53,275 nucleotides of DNA from Chthonomonadales bacterium (GTDB lineage Bacteria; Armatimonadota; Chthonomonadetes; Chthonomonadales; Chthonomonadaceae), in NCBI GenBank assembly GCA_038217285.1, contig JBBQPO010000007.1, positions 1 through 53,275 on the forward strand. The letters run 5' to 3'. The notes under the pieces are model-generated. The model ran no database searches. It saw nothing but the letters and a program-made list of their open reading frames with translations, and was not told the DNA's origin. Made by a program: the position numbers and the translations under genes. Shown here one piece after another: positions 36,791 to 46,007 of the stretch. The stretch's first letter is position 1, and each line of letters begins with the position of its first letter.

Positions 36791-39001
36791 ATGCCAGAGA
36801 CCGACGGGGAGTTGATAGTAAGAACCCGACAGGGAGAGAGCGCCGCGTTCGGCGAGTTGTGGGAACGCTATCGCCATAAGGTGCTCCACCTCTGTCGAGG
36901 CTATATTCGCGCCCTGCCGGACGATCCCGCGATCGACGCCGAGGATCTGCTGACGGAGACTTTTATTCGCGTCCTGCACTGCCTGGAGCGCTACGAGGAT
37001 CGGTCGGCAGAGAACACGGGATTCGAAGCTTGGTTGATGGAAGTCGCACGTAACCACTGCCTCAACCATCTGGCGCGCCAGCGAAGACGGACCCGGATCT
37101 GGAGTGAAGGCGTTGCCAGCGGCAATCTGTGTCCGCCTCCCCGCCCTTCAACCGATCGTATTGTGGAAGAGCGTCACCTGCTTCGTCTGGCTGCTCAGGA
37201 GATCAACGGGCTGCCGCCGCTCTACCGGACGCCCTTCAAGCTCTCGCTGGAGGAGCGGTCGCATCAGGAGATTGCCGAGGCGCTCGGCATCAGCGTAGAG
37301 AACGCCTCCAAGCGGATACAGCGGGCCCGGCGGATGCTCCAGCCGCGCATGGCGACGATATTCGCGCTGCCGACCGCAAAAGCGAGCGGTCTGCGCCGAG
37401 GTTCGAAAACTCTTTTACGGAATGTGGAGCGGTGTCTCCTGGTCATCGTCGGGGACTATCGCATCGCTACTATTCCCTTGCCCGGTGGAGGGGAGAAGCA
37501 ACTCTGCCTGCGCACGGAGCGCGCCCACACCGACAGGGAAGAGGAGATCGCCCGGATGCGGGCAACGCTGGAAGGGCGGCCACGCGCCTGGAAGCGTCGG
37601 CTCGAACTGGCGCACATCTGTTACCATTGCGGGCGTTGGAACCAGGCGCGCGAAGAGTACCAGCGGGTGCTGGCGACCAATCCCCGCTGCTTTGAAGCAG
37701 CGCAGAGTCTGGGCGGGATGCTGTTGGAAGAGCACCAGGGACGAGAAGCCGCGCTGGTGTTCGCGACAGCGTTGCGAGGAGAGCCGCCGCCGCCGGTGGC
37801 GGCCCGATTGGAAGCCCATCGACTGGAAGCTCTGGAGCAGTGGGAGGAAGCGGCGGCCACGTATGAAAAAGCGATCCTGCTGGCTCCCGCAGAGAAGGCG
37901 AACTATTATGGCCTGCACCGAACGCTGGCCTGTTTGAGTCGCTATGGAGAGCAACTGGAAAACCTCGCCCGGCTGCGCACGCTCGATCCCCAGGATATAT
38001 TCGCCTTCCACGCGGCCTACACGCCCTGCGCGCGCCTGGAACGTTGGGACGACGCCCGGCGGCTGCTGGAGCAAGCCGTCGCGCTGGACCCGCACTTTCC
38101 AGTCGCGATCAAGCATCTGTTTCAGGTGCGCATGAACCTGGACCTCTACGATGAGGAGACGCTTCGGCTTGCTGAGAAACTGGTGGAGATCGCGCCGGAT
38201 TTCGCGGAGAGCTGGGGGGAACTCGCTTGGTTCTATCGGGCTCGGGGCCAGGCTGCGGAGGGCGTGGCCCTGCTGCATGCCTTTCTCGACAAACATCCCA
38301 CCAACGCCCAGGCGCATGCGTTCCTCGCCTGGGCCTACCACTACGACCGGCGGGACGATTATGAAACCAGGGTGAGAGAGCATGCGCGTCAGGCCTACGC
38401 CCTGTCCCCCGGCGACTGGTATGTCTGCTGGACCATGCTGATGGCGCTGGGAGACCCGACGGACACAAGCAGGCGCGAGGAGTCTTGTCGGGTGGCCGAC
38501 GAGATTGCGGCGCGATTCCCCAGAGACGCCTTTTTGCTGGATCGCGTGGCCGCCGTCGATGCGCTGTGGGGCCGGTCGGAGCAGGCGATCGAACGGGCGC
38601 TCCTTGGCGCAAGCCTGGATCCGGACTCACCGATCGCAATGGGGGCTCTCGGAGACATCTACCTGCGCCTGGAACGCTGGGCCGAGGCCGCAGAGGTCTA
38701 CCGACGCGTTATTCAGCTACCCGGCGGCGAGACCGCCCTCCTACTCGCACACTTCGGCCTCGCGCTCAGCCACTGCGACCCACCGGAAGCTGAAAGGGTC
38801 TGTGCTCGGGCATGGGACCAGGCAGCCTCCTCCAGCGATCTTCTCCGCCTGGCCCTGGTTCTTGAGAAGACAGATCGATGCGAGCAAGCCCTCCGCGCCT
38901 ACCGCAAGTGCCTCGCCAATCCAGTACTGTCGGCACACACACGCGAGAAGGCTGAAGAGGGCCTCGGCCGTCTGGCTACTGTAGAAACTGGGGGAGATTG
39001 A
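36791..39001 (+). CDS. ECF sigma factor with a long C-terminal TPR array
   Basis: Region 2 (AFGELWERY...DAEDLLTETF...FEAWLMEVARNHCLN) and region 4 (LPPLYR...SHQEIAEALGIS), then ~500 aa of TPR-like repeats; TGtTATAAT at 36702-36710 upstream. Confidence 0.85.
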   Translation: MPETDGELIVRTRQGESAAFGELWERYRHKVLHLCRGYIRALPDDPAIDAEDLLTETFIRVLHCLERYEDRSAENTGFEAWLMEVARNHCLNHLARQRRRTRIWSEGVASGNLCPPPRPSTDRIVEERHLLRLAAQEINGLPPLYRTPFKLSLEERSHQEIAEALGISVENASKRIQRARRMLQPRMATIFALPTAKASGLRRGSKTLLRNVERCLLVIVGDYRIATIPLPGGGEKQLCLRTERAHTDREEEIARMRATLEGRPRAWKRRLELAHICYHCGRWNQAREEYQRVLATNPRCFEAAQSLGGMLLEEHQGREAALVFATALRGEPPPPVAARLEAHRLEALEQWEEAAATYEKAILLAPAEKANYYGLHRTLACLSRYGEQLENLARLRTLDPQDIFAFHAAYTPCARLERWDDARRLLEQAVALDPHFPVAIKHLFQVRMNLDLYDEETLRLAEKLVEIAPDFAESWGELAWFYRARGQAAEGVALLHAFLDKHPTNAQAHAFLAWAYHYDRRDDYETRVREHARQAYALSPGDWYVCWTMLMALGDPTDTSRREESCRVADEIAARFPRDAFLLDRVAAVDALWGRSEQAIERALLGASLDPDSPIAMGALGDIYLRLERWAEAAEVYRRVIQLPGGETALLLAHFGLALSHCDPPEAERVCARAWDQAASSSDLLRLALVLEKTDRCEQALRAYRKCLANPVLSAHTREKAEEGLGRLATVETGGD

Positions 39002-39356
39002 AGCGTAGAAAGTTGATGAGGTAGAGACCGACGTAGAGCAGGATGCCGAGGCGAAGCGCGGAGCGAACGAAGGGCTCGTTGCGTTTGCGCGCCCACTCCG
39101 CGAGCGTCAATGGCCCGCCGAGCAGCAGGGCCTTGAACGCGATGAAGCCTATCGGGCCGAAAGCATGGAGGATGCCGTCGAAGAGCGGATTGGCCTCGCG
39201 CGCCTGCCCGGTCGCGAGGAAGAAGATCGTGGTGAGCATATCGAGGAGGCCGAGGACCATGAGCAGGATCGTCTCCGGCAGGACATAACGGGAGGACGCG
39301 CCGTTCGACGCGTCCTCTTTGGCTCCGGGTGATAAGGGCGGAAAAGAGTTCCCCAT
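38976..39356 (-). CDS. DUF5658-like small membrane protein
   Basis: LDMLTT...EANPL...FIAFK motif; three TM helices. Confidence 0.7.
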   Translation of the reverse strand: MGNSFPPLSPGAKEDASNGASSRYVLPETILLMVLGLLDMLTTIFFLATGQAREANPLFDGILHAFGPIGFIAFKALLLGGPLTLAEWARKRNEPFVRSALRLGILLYVGLYLINFLRFNLPQFLQ

Positions 39357-39371
39357 CAGGCCCCTTCGACG

Positions 39372-40634
39372 CTACTTGACGGCAAGCGGAATGCCGATGG
39401 TGATGCGGTCGTTGAACGCGGTGGGGGAGGCGAGGGGGACGTAGCCGAGCGGCGGCTCTTCCCAGCGGCCATCGGACTTGATAAGCGCGATCAGCTCCTC
39501 CACACCGCGCTCCTGCGGCAGGCCGGACTTGACCTCCTGATGGCCGCGATAGAGCGAGATCTTGCCGCCCGCCTTGCCCACATAGCCGTAGTCGGCGTCG
39601 GCCATCTCGCCGGGTCCGTTCACGATACAGCCCATCACCGCCACATTCAGCCCCGCCAGATGCCCGGTGGCCGATTTTACCTGCGCCAGTACCGTCGGAA
39701 GGTCGAACTTGGTGCGCCCGCAGGAGGGGCAGGCGATGAACTCGGTCTTGGTGCGGCGCAGGCCGAGCGCCTGCAGAATGTCGTAGCAGACCGGAAGCTC
39801 ATTGATCGGATCTTCCGAGAGCGAGACGCGAATGGTGTCTCCGATCCCCTCCGCCAGCAGTGTGCCGATGCCCGTCGTGCTCTTAATGCGCGCATACTGA
39901 CCGTCGCCCGCTTCCGTCACGCCCAGATGCAGCGGGTAGTCCATGCCGAGTTCCGCCATACGGTGCGCCATAAGCCGGTTGGCCTGCAGCATCACCGCCA
40001 CACGGGAGGCTTTCAGCGAAATCACGATGTCTTGGAAGCCGTGCCGCTCGCAGATCTGAATATACTCGACGGCGCTCTGCACCATGCCCTCCGGCGTATC
40101 GCCGTACATCACGGTGAGCCGCTCGGCCAGCGAGCCGTGGTTCACGCCGATGCGCATGGCGCGGCCATACCGCTTGCAGGCTTCGATCACCGGCAGCAGT
40201 TCGCTCTCGATGGCGGCCTGCTCCTCCTGCACCTCGATCTCGGAGTAGTCGATGGTCCGCTGCACCCGCTTGCGAAACACGAACAGCCCTGGATTGATGC
40301 GGATCTTATCGACATACTTCGCCACTTCTACCGCGATGTCGCTGCCCTGATGATGCACATCGGCGACCAGCGGAACGTCGCGATACTGGCGTTTCAACTC
40401 CGATTTGATCTCGGCCAGACACTTCGCCTCCGCCATATTGGGAGTCGTGACGCGTACGATCTCGGAACCGGCCTTGTGCATGGCGATGATCTGTGCCACC
40501 GCGCCCGGCACATTGTGCGTCTCCTCGGTGATCATAGACTGCACGACGACGGGGTTATTGGCCCCGATGACGATGTTGCCGACACGCACGGCGCGGGTCG
40601 GGCGGCGGCTATAAGAGACATCCGGTAGGGACAT
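39372..40634 (-). CDS. ispG: 4-hydroxy-3-methylbut-2-en-1-yl diphosphate synthase
   Basis: [44 protein letters not shown] and [10 protein letters not shown] motifs. Confidence 0.96.
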   Translation of the reverse strand: MSLPDVSYSRRPTRAVRVGNIVIGANNPVVVQSMITEETHNVPGAVAQIIAMHKAGSEIVRVTTPNMAEAKCLAEIKSELKRQYRDVPLVADVHHQGSDIAVEVAKYVDKIRINPGLFVFRKRVQRTIDYSEIEVQEEQAAIESELLPVIEACKRYGRAMRIGVNHGSLAERLTVMYGDTPEGMVQSAVEYIQICERHGFQDIVISLKASRVAVMLQANRLMAHRMAELGMDYPLHLGVTEAGDGQYARIKSTTGIGTLLAEGIGDTIRVSLSEDPINELPVCYDILQALGLRRTKTEFIACPSCGRTKFDLPTVLAQVKSATGHLAGLNVAVMGCIVNGPGEMADADYGYVGKAGGKISLYRGHQEVKSGLPQERGVEELIALIKSDGRWEEPPLGYVPLASPTAFNDRITIGIPLAVK

Positions 40635-40871
40635 GGAAAGGTCACTCCTGAACGACAAAAAATGGAAACCCGTACATAAGGATTACTGCTTCATTATAGC
40701 ATACGTATTGTGCAGCGAAGCCTGCGCCCTGACCTGCCGGAAATCGGTATCGTCCCTCTCTTTACATAAAGGACATAGGTTCCAATGGCCCTGACAGCAG
40801 GGCTTTCGGCCCCTTTTGTGGAACCGTCTGTCAGCAACAACCCCCGGAATGCAGGAGACAGGAAGAGATCG

Positions 40872-42110
40872 ATGCGAACAGAGGCAGGACAGATCGAGCG
40901 GGTCATCATCGTCGTGCTGGACGGCGTGGGAGCGGGCGAGTTGCCGGATGCGGATCGTTACGGCGATGTCGGCAGCAATACGCTGGCGCACACGGCGGAA
41001 GCGGTGGGAGGGCTCTCTCTGCCGAACATGGCGCGCCTCGGGCTCGGCAACATCATCCCTATCCGGGGCGTACCACCAGCGGAGACGCCGCTTGGCGGCT
41101 ACGGCAAGATGCGCGAAGCCTCACCAGGCAAAGATACGATCACGGGCCATTGGGAGATGGCAGGCGTGGTGTTGGAGACGCCTTTCCCGACCTATCCGCG
41201 CGGCTTTCCCCTGGAGATCATCGCCGCGTTCGAGCAGGCCATCGGCATGAAGACGCTGGGCAACATCGCGGCGTCCGGCACTGTCATTATCGAGCAGTTA
41301 GGCGCAGAGCATGTGCGCACCGGCTTCCCCATCGTCTACACCTCCGCCGACAGCGTCTTTCAGATCGCTATGCATGAGGAGATCCTGCCCATCGCACGGC
41401 AGTACGAAATCTGCGAAATCGCGCGGGCGCTGCTGGTCGGGGAGCACGCGGTCGGACGCGTTATCTGTCGCCCGTTCCTCGGAGATGGCGGCCTCGGCGC
41501 AAGGGCCTTGCCTGCGGACGCGAAGCCGCTGAAGCCCGGCCCCTTCACCCGCACGGAGCGCCGCAAAGACTTCCCCCTCGACCCGCCCCCGACCGTTCTG
41601 GACGCGCTCGCCACCGCCGGCTATCCGGTTCACGCCATCGGCAAGATCTTCGAGATCTTCAACGGGCGCGGCATCGCCACCTGGGCGCATACCACGAACA
41701 ACGCCGCCCATATCGCCGCCCTTCAGACCGCCGTCGAATCCGACGCGAGCCCCCTTATCTTTGCCAACCTCGAAGACTTCGACATGCTCTTCGGGCATCG
41801 CAACAATCCCCAGGGAATGGCGCAGGCGCTGGAAAAATGGGATGTCGGCCTCGCCGAACTGCTGCCAAAGCTGCGCCCAACGGACCTGCTTCTCCTCACT
41901 GCCGACCACGGCAACGACCCCACGACGGCCTCCACCGACCACTCCCGCGAGTATCCGTTTCTGCTCGCCTATGGCCCGGCCCTCCAGCCTGCCGTCGATC
42001 TCGGCATCCGTGCAACCTACGCCGATATCGCCGCCACTCTGCGCGAGATCTTCGCCCTCTCCGAAGGACTGGTAGGGTCCAGTTTCCTTCAAGCCCTTCT
42101 TTCGCCCTGA
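40872..42110 (+). CDS. deoB: Phosphopentomutase
   Basis: VLDGVGAGELPDA, GKDTITGHWE, YTSADSVFQIA, GHRN and TADHGNDPT...TDHSRE motifs. Confidence 0.95.
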   Translation: MRTEAGQIERVIIVVLDGVGAGELPDADRYGDVGSNTLAHTAEAVGGLSLPNMARLGLGNIIPIRGVPPAETPLGGYGKMREASPGKDTITGHWEMAGVVLETPFPTYPRGFPLEIIAAFEQAIGMKTLGNIAASGTVIIEQLGAEHVRTGFPIVYTSADSVFQIAMHEEILPIARQYEICEIARALLVGEHAVGRVICRPFLGDGGLGARALPADAKPLKPGPFTRTERRKDFPLDPPPTVLDALATAGYPVHAIGKIFEIFNGRGIATWAHTTNNAAHIAALQTAVESDASPLIFANLEDFDMLFGHRNNPQGMAQALEKWDVGLAELLPKLRPTDLLLLTADHGNDPTTASTDHSREYPFLLAYGPALQPAVDLGIRATYADIAATLREIFALSEGLVGSSFLQALLSP

Positions 42111-42224
42111 TAGAATAGAGGAGACAAGCGAGCGGGCTGCTTAACCCCCGGCCCTTTCCCAAGACGGCTTATCTTGTCCCTTAGATTTGTCGTGTCGAGC
42201 AACCTCCTCTTTGCGCTTTACTGC

Positions 42225-42542
42225 CCGCCCCTCAAGGAGCGGTCTGAGGCGGTAAGCCCCATAAATGGGGCTGGATTCGACGCGAGCGGAGGCGAATGCG
42301 CAAGGAAACAGGGTGTTAGTCTTACAACGACGCGTTTCTTACGCCCATCTCGAACAGTGGCCGTTGATGCCTGTTTCGAGACCGTCGAGGATAGTTACCC
42401 AATCTCGACAGAATGACTGCTTGCTGTAAGCCGTCGTTGTAAGATTAGCTATGCCTCGTGGAGAGATTTGCTCTCCATTTCAGCCTTCCCAGGCCCATTT
42501 ATGGGCCTTAACCTTCCCAACAGGCCGCTCCTTGAGGGGCGG
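42225..42542 (+). other. ~320-nt nested fold-back element (candidate structured ncRNA or REPIN/MITE)
   Basis: Nested complementary pairs: 42225-42246/42521-42542, 42251-42274/42489-42512, 42288-42297/42466-42476 and 42316-42332/42432-42448, with two small hairpins in the centre. Confidence 0.65.
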
Positions 42543-42546
42543 CGGC

Positions 42547-43641
42547 TTACACCCTCTGCGCTTGCGGCAAGGCGCTCTTTCCCAGGTCGGTTTCCGAGCG
42601 CCTGAAGGTGGCGGCGGCGTTCTGCGGTATTTCCAACTGCTTTTCGGCGGCGGCGACGACTTCCGCTACGGTGACAAGACGCATACAGCGGCGGTCGTCA
42701 CGGCAGTCGTATTTGGTGCAGTTGGGGCAGGCGGTGACGTTGCGGAGCACGATGTTGCCGGGCACGTAGCCCGGGCCGGATTCATGGGGAACAGCGGGGC
42801 CGAATATCGCGACAATCGGGGTTCGGGCTGCGCAGGCGAGGTGCATCGGGCCGGTGTCGTTGGTGATCATCACAGCGCAGCGGCGCAGGGTTTCCGCGAG
42901 TTGCAGAACGGAGAGCTGTCCGGTCAGGACGACGGGAGGGAGTTGCATTCCGCGCATCACCTCCGCCGCGAGCGGCAGGTCGTCGGCGCTGCCGAGCAGC
43001 AAAATGCGCGCTCCGGGGCGCTGCGCCAGCAGGTCGCCTACCTCCGCAAACCGCTCCGGCAGCCAGCGGTTTGCCGGAGCGGACGCGCCCGGATTCAAGG
43101 CGATCAGCGTGTCGTCCGGTCGCAAGCCGTGCTCCGCGAACAGGGCGTCTACGGCGGAAATGTCCTGGGCGGAGGGGAAGACCTCCGGCTGCGGGTCGGA
43201 GACATCGGCGCCCAAGAGCCCGACGACATTGCGGAAATTGTCGATCATCTCATGCTGCTTCGGGTCGAAGGCGATACGATCCGTCAGGAGGTTGGCAAAA
43301 CGTTTTTTGCGAACCAGCCCGACCCGTTGCGTCACCCCCCCAAGGCGCAAATAGAGGATCATGTCCGCGCTGTTGTCCAGTATCAGACCGAGGTCGAAGC
43401 GACGCCGACGCAGGAGACGAATAAACTGCGCTTTGCCGGGCAGCCCCTGGTGATGCGGGCGCAGGATGATTTCGTCCACATGCGGGTTGTTTTCCAGCAC
43501 GCAGGCGGCGCGCTCGCCCACTTCCACCACGATATGCGCTTCGGGATAGAGACGACGCAGGCTGCGCAGGGCAGGGGTCGTGCAGACAAGGTCGCCAATA
43601 TGTTCGCGGGTCAGCACCAGGATGGAACGGGGCAAAGACAT
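42547..43641 (-). CDS. Glycosyltransferase family 9 (heptosyltransferase-like)
   Basis: HIGDLV, NPGAS...RW and NDTGPMHLACA...AIFGP motifs. Confidence 0.9.
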   Translation of the reverse strand: MSLPRSILVLTREHIGDLVCTTPALRSLRRLYPEAHIVVEVGERAACVLENNPHVDEIILRPHHQGLPGKAQFIRLLRRRRFDLGLILDNSADMILYLRLGGVTQRVGLVRKKRFANLLTDRIAFDPKQHEMIDNFRNVVGLLGADVSDPQPEVFPSAQDISAVDALFAEHGLRPDDTLIALNPGASAPANRWLPERFAEVGDLLAQRPGARILLLGSADDLPLAAEVMRGMQLPPVVLTGQLSVLQLAETLRRCAVMITNDTGPMHLACAARTPIVAIFGPAVPHESGPGYVPGNIVLRNVTACPNCTKYDCRDDRRCMRLVTVAEVVAAAEKQLEIPQNAAATFRRSETDLGKSALPQAQRV

Positions 43642-43766
43642 CGGGCTATTTCCTATATTGCGTACGCAAGTGACAACGGCGGACTCAGCAAAGGCTGCAC
43701 CCCGGTTGCGGCGCGAGTGTGAGTGCATTCCTTGACGCAGAGCGCTCGGAAATGTTCAGGCTCGCA

Positions 43767-43795
43767 TTGACGCTTCGGACGCTACACGCTATAAT
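43767..43795 (+). promoter_or_regulatory. Sigma70 promoter for tRNA-Leu
   Basis: TTGACG-17-TATAAT. Confidence 0.8.
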
Positions 43796-43830
43796 AAGAC
43801 GACGGAAAGGCGCGACCGTACTGCAAAAAT

Positions 43831-43903
43831 GGGGGCGTAGTCCAACGGCAGAGACAGCAGACTTAAAATCTGTACAGTGCGGGTTCGAATCCCGCCGCCC
43901 CTA
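43831..43903 (+). tRNA. tRNA-Leu (anticodon TAA), short variable loop
   Basis: GGGGGCGTAGTCCAACGGCAGAGACAGCAGACTTAAAATCTGTACAGTGCGGGTTCGAATCCCGCCGCCCCTA; anticodon arm GCAGA-CTTAAAA-TCTGT; discriminator A. Confidence 0.88.
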
Positions 43904-43910
43904 TCGCAGC

Positions 43911-43942
43911 AGAAAGCCAGCGTCCGACGCCGCTGGCTTTCT
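43911..43942. terminator. Bidirectional terminator between tRNA-Leu and pheA
   Basis: AGAAAGCCAGCG-8nt-CGCTGGCTTTCT. Confidence 0.75.
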
Positions 43943-43960
43943 GCATCCCAGGTCATGGGA

Positions 43961-45025
43961 TCAGGTGGCCTCGGGATAGGAGCCCAGAACGCGTACAAAG
44001 AGCGAATGCTCGTTCAGCAGATGGATCGCTTTCGTCACGGAGGCGTCCCGAGTATGCCCCTGAACATCGATATAGAAGACATACTGCCACGCCTCCGTTT
44101 TGGTCGGACGCGACTCGATCATGGTCAGGTTGACGTCGTACTTCTCGAAGGCGTTGAGCGCATGCACCAGTTCCCCGGCGCGATTATGCACCGAGAACAT
44201 CAGCGAGGTCTTGTCCTTTCCGGTCGGCTCCGGCTCGTTGTAGCCCAGGACGAGGAAGCGGGTGCGGTTGGAGGGGTTGTCCTCGATATGTTCGCAGAGG
44301 ATCGGCAGGCTGTTCCGCTCCGCCGCCAGAGCGGTGGCGATGGCAGCGCTCTCGGGGTCGGCGGCCGCCAGTTCCGCCGCTTTCGCCGTGCTGGACGCTT
44401 CGATCTTCTCGACGCCGGGCAGGTGATTGTTCAGCCATTGCCGACACTGCGCGAGCGGCTGGAAATGCGTGTAGAGGCGTTTGACGCCCTCCAACTGTTC
44501 GCAGTGGCTGAGCAGGTTGTGGGTGATCGGCTGGTAGATCTCCGAAACCACGCGCAAATTGGAGTTCATAAAGGTGTCGAGGGTCTCCGGAACCACACCC
44601 GCCCAGGAGTTCTCCACCGGCACGATGCCGTAGTCGGCGGTGTTGCGCTCTACCGCCGCAAACACATCGGCGATGCTCTCGGTCGGGACGAAATGAGACG
44701 AGGTGCCGAACCGCCCGATGCTGGCCAGGTGGCTGAACGTGCCTTCCGGACCCAGGAAGGCGACGCTGAGCGGCTTCTCCAGCGCCCGGCAGGCCGAGAT
44801 GATCTCGCGATAGACCGCGCGTATCGCCATGCCGTCCAGAGGGCCTGAATTCAGGGCCAACAGGCGTTTGAATACGTTCTGCTCGCGTTCGGGGGTAAAA
44901 TAGTGGGAGCGAGTGTGGGACTTCGCGAGTCCGATCTGCTGCGCGAGCTCCGCACGCCGGTTCAGGAGCGCGACCACCTCGGCATCTATCTGATCAATCT
45001 CTTTACGCCACTCGGGCAAACTCAT
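43961..45025 (-). CDS. pheA: Chorismate mutase / prephenate dehydratase (P-protein)
   Basis: N-terminal CM domain (RKEIDQID...LNRRA), LGPEGTFS, VPVENS, NRTRF and ACT-domain NLTMIESRP. Confidence 0.95.
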   Translation of the reverse strand: MSLPEWRKEIDQIDAEVVALLNRRAELAQQIGLAKSHTRSHYFTPEREQNVFKRLLALNSGPLDGMAIRAVYREIISACRALEKPLSVAFLGPEGTFSHLASIGRFGTSSHFVPTESIADVFAAVERNTADYGIVPVENSWAGVVPETLDTFMNSNLRVVSEIYQPITHNLLSHCEQLEGVKRLYTHFQPLAQCRQWLNNHLPGVEKIEASSTAKAAELAAADPESAAIATALAAERNSLPILCEHIEDNPSNRTRFLVLGYNEPEPTGKDKTSLMFSVHNRAGELVHALNAFEKYDVNLTMIESRPTKTEAWQYVFYIDVQGHTRDASVTKAIHLLNEHSLFVRVLGSYPEAT

Positions 45026-45146
45026 CGTCGTGCCTGTCCTTCACTCAATATTGCAACGCCTGTTCCCAGGCTTTTGCCGACGATAAGTTTCCCTGCCCGC
45101 AGGCGTTTTTCCTGCGTCTCTGCATCGAAAAGGAAGTAGAACTCTT

Positions 45147-46007
45147 ATGAGTCGTGGCAGTTGGTTTAAGCGGCCGGAACGGCAGGGAGGCAAACAGGCG
45201 ATCGTTCCTGACGGCCTCTGGAGCAAATGCCCCCGCTGCAGCGAGATTTCGTTCGCGCGCGATGTGGAGCAGAATCTGCAGGTCTGCCCGAAGTGCGACT
45301 ATCATCATGCGCTGCGGGTGGCCCAGCGCCTCGCGCTGACCGTGGACGAGGAGAGCTTCGTCGAGATGGACGCGCAGGTGCATTCGGTGGACCCGCTCGG
45401 CTTCCCGGAGTATAAAGAGAAGCTGATCAGCGACCACGCGAAGACTGGCCTCAACGACGGAATCGTGACGGGCACCGCGCGCATCGAGGAGACGCTGTGC
45501 GTCCTCGGGATCGCCGACTTCGCGTTCCGGGGCGGCACCATGGGCAGCGTGGCGGGCGAGAAGCTGGTGCGGGCCATGGAGTACGCCGAGCGCGAACGCC
45601 TGCCGGTGGTGCTCTTTACGGCTTCGGGCGGAGCGCGCATGCAGGAGGGGCTGCTGTCACTCATGCAGATGGCAAAGACCAGCGCCGCCGTCGCCCGTCT
45701 TGACCGCGCCGGTATCCCCTATATCGTCGTGCTCACGCATCCGACGACCGCCGGCGTCTATGCCTCCTACGCTTCCCTCGGCGATATCATTCTGGCGGAG
45801 CCGGGGGCGATCATCGGGTTCGCCGGGCTGCGCGTCGGCAACCAGGGCCAGGGCGTGAAACTGCCCGACGACTTCCAGACATCGGAGTTCCAGATGCGCT
45901 GCGGGATGGTAGACCAGATCGTCCCCCGTAAGGAGATGCGAAACACGCTTGGCAAAATGCTCGGTTTTTTCGCGGAGGAGAGGGTGAATGCTCATCAACC
46001 CGCTTGA
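45147..46007 (+). CDS. accD: Acetyl-CoA carboxylase carboxyltransferase beta subunit
   Basis: LWSKCPRC...CPKC zinc finger, GGTMGS and SGGARMQEGLLSLMQMAK. Confidence 0.96.
   Translation: MSRGSWFKRPERQGGKQAIVPDGLWSKCPRCSEISFARDVEQNLQVCPKCDYHHALRVAQRLALTVDEESFVEMDAQVHSVDPLGFPEYKEKLISDHAKTGLNDGIVTGTARIEETLCVLGIADFAFRGGTMGSVAGEKLVRAMEYAERERLPVVLFTASGGARMQEGLLSLMQMAKTSAAVARLDRAGIPYIVVLTHPTTAGVYASYASLGDIILAEPGAIIGFAGLRVGNQGQGVKLPDDFQTSEFQMRCGMVDQIVPRKEMRNTLGKMLGFFAEERVNAHQPA

Noticed and set aside
25181-43903. The two tRNAs as integration sites bounding an island or prophage
   Set aside because: I saw no integrase, no phage genes and no duplicated tRNA 3' end; core genes lie between and around them.
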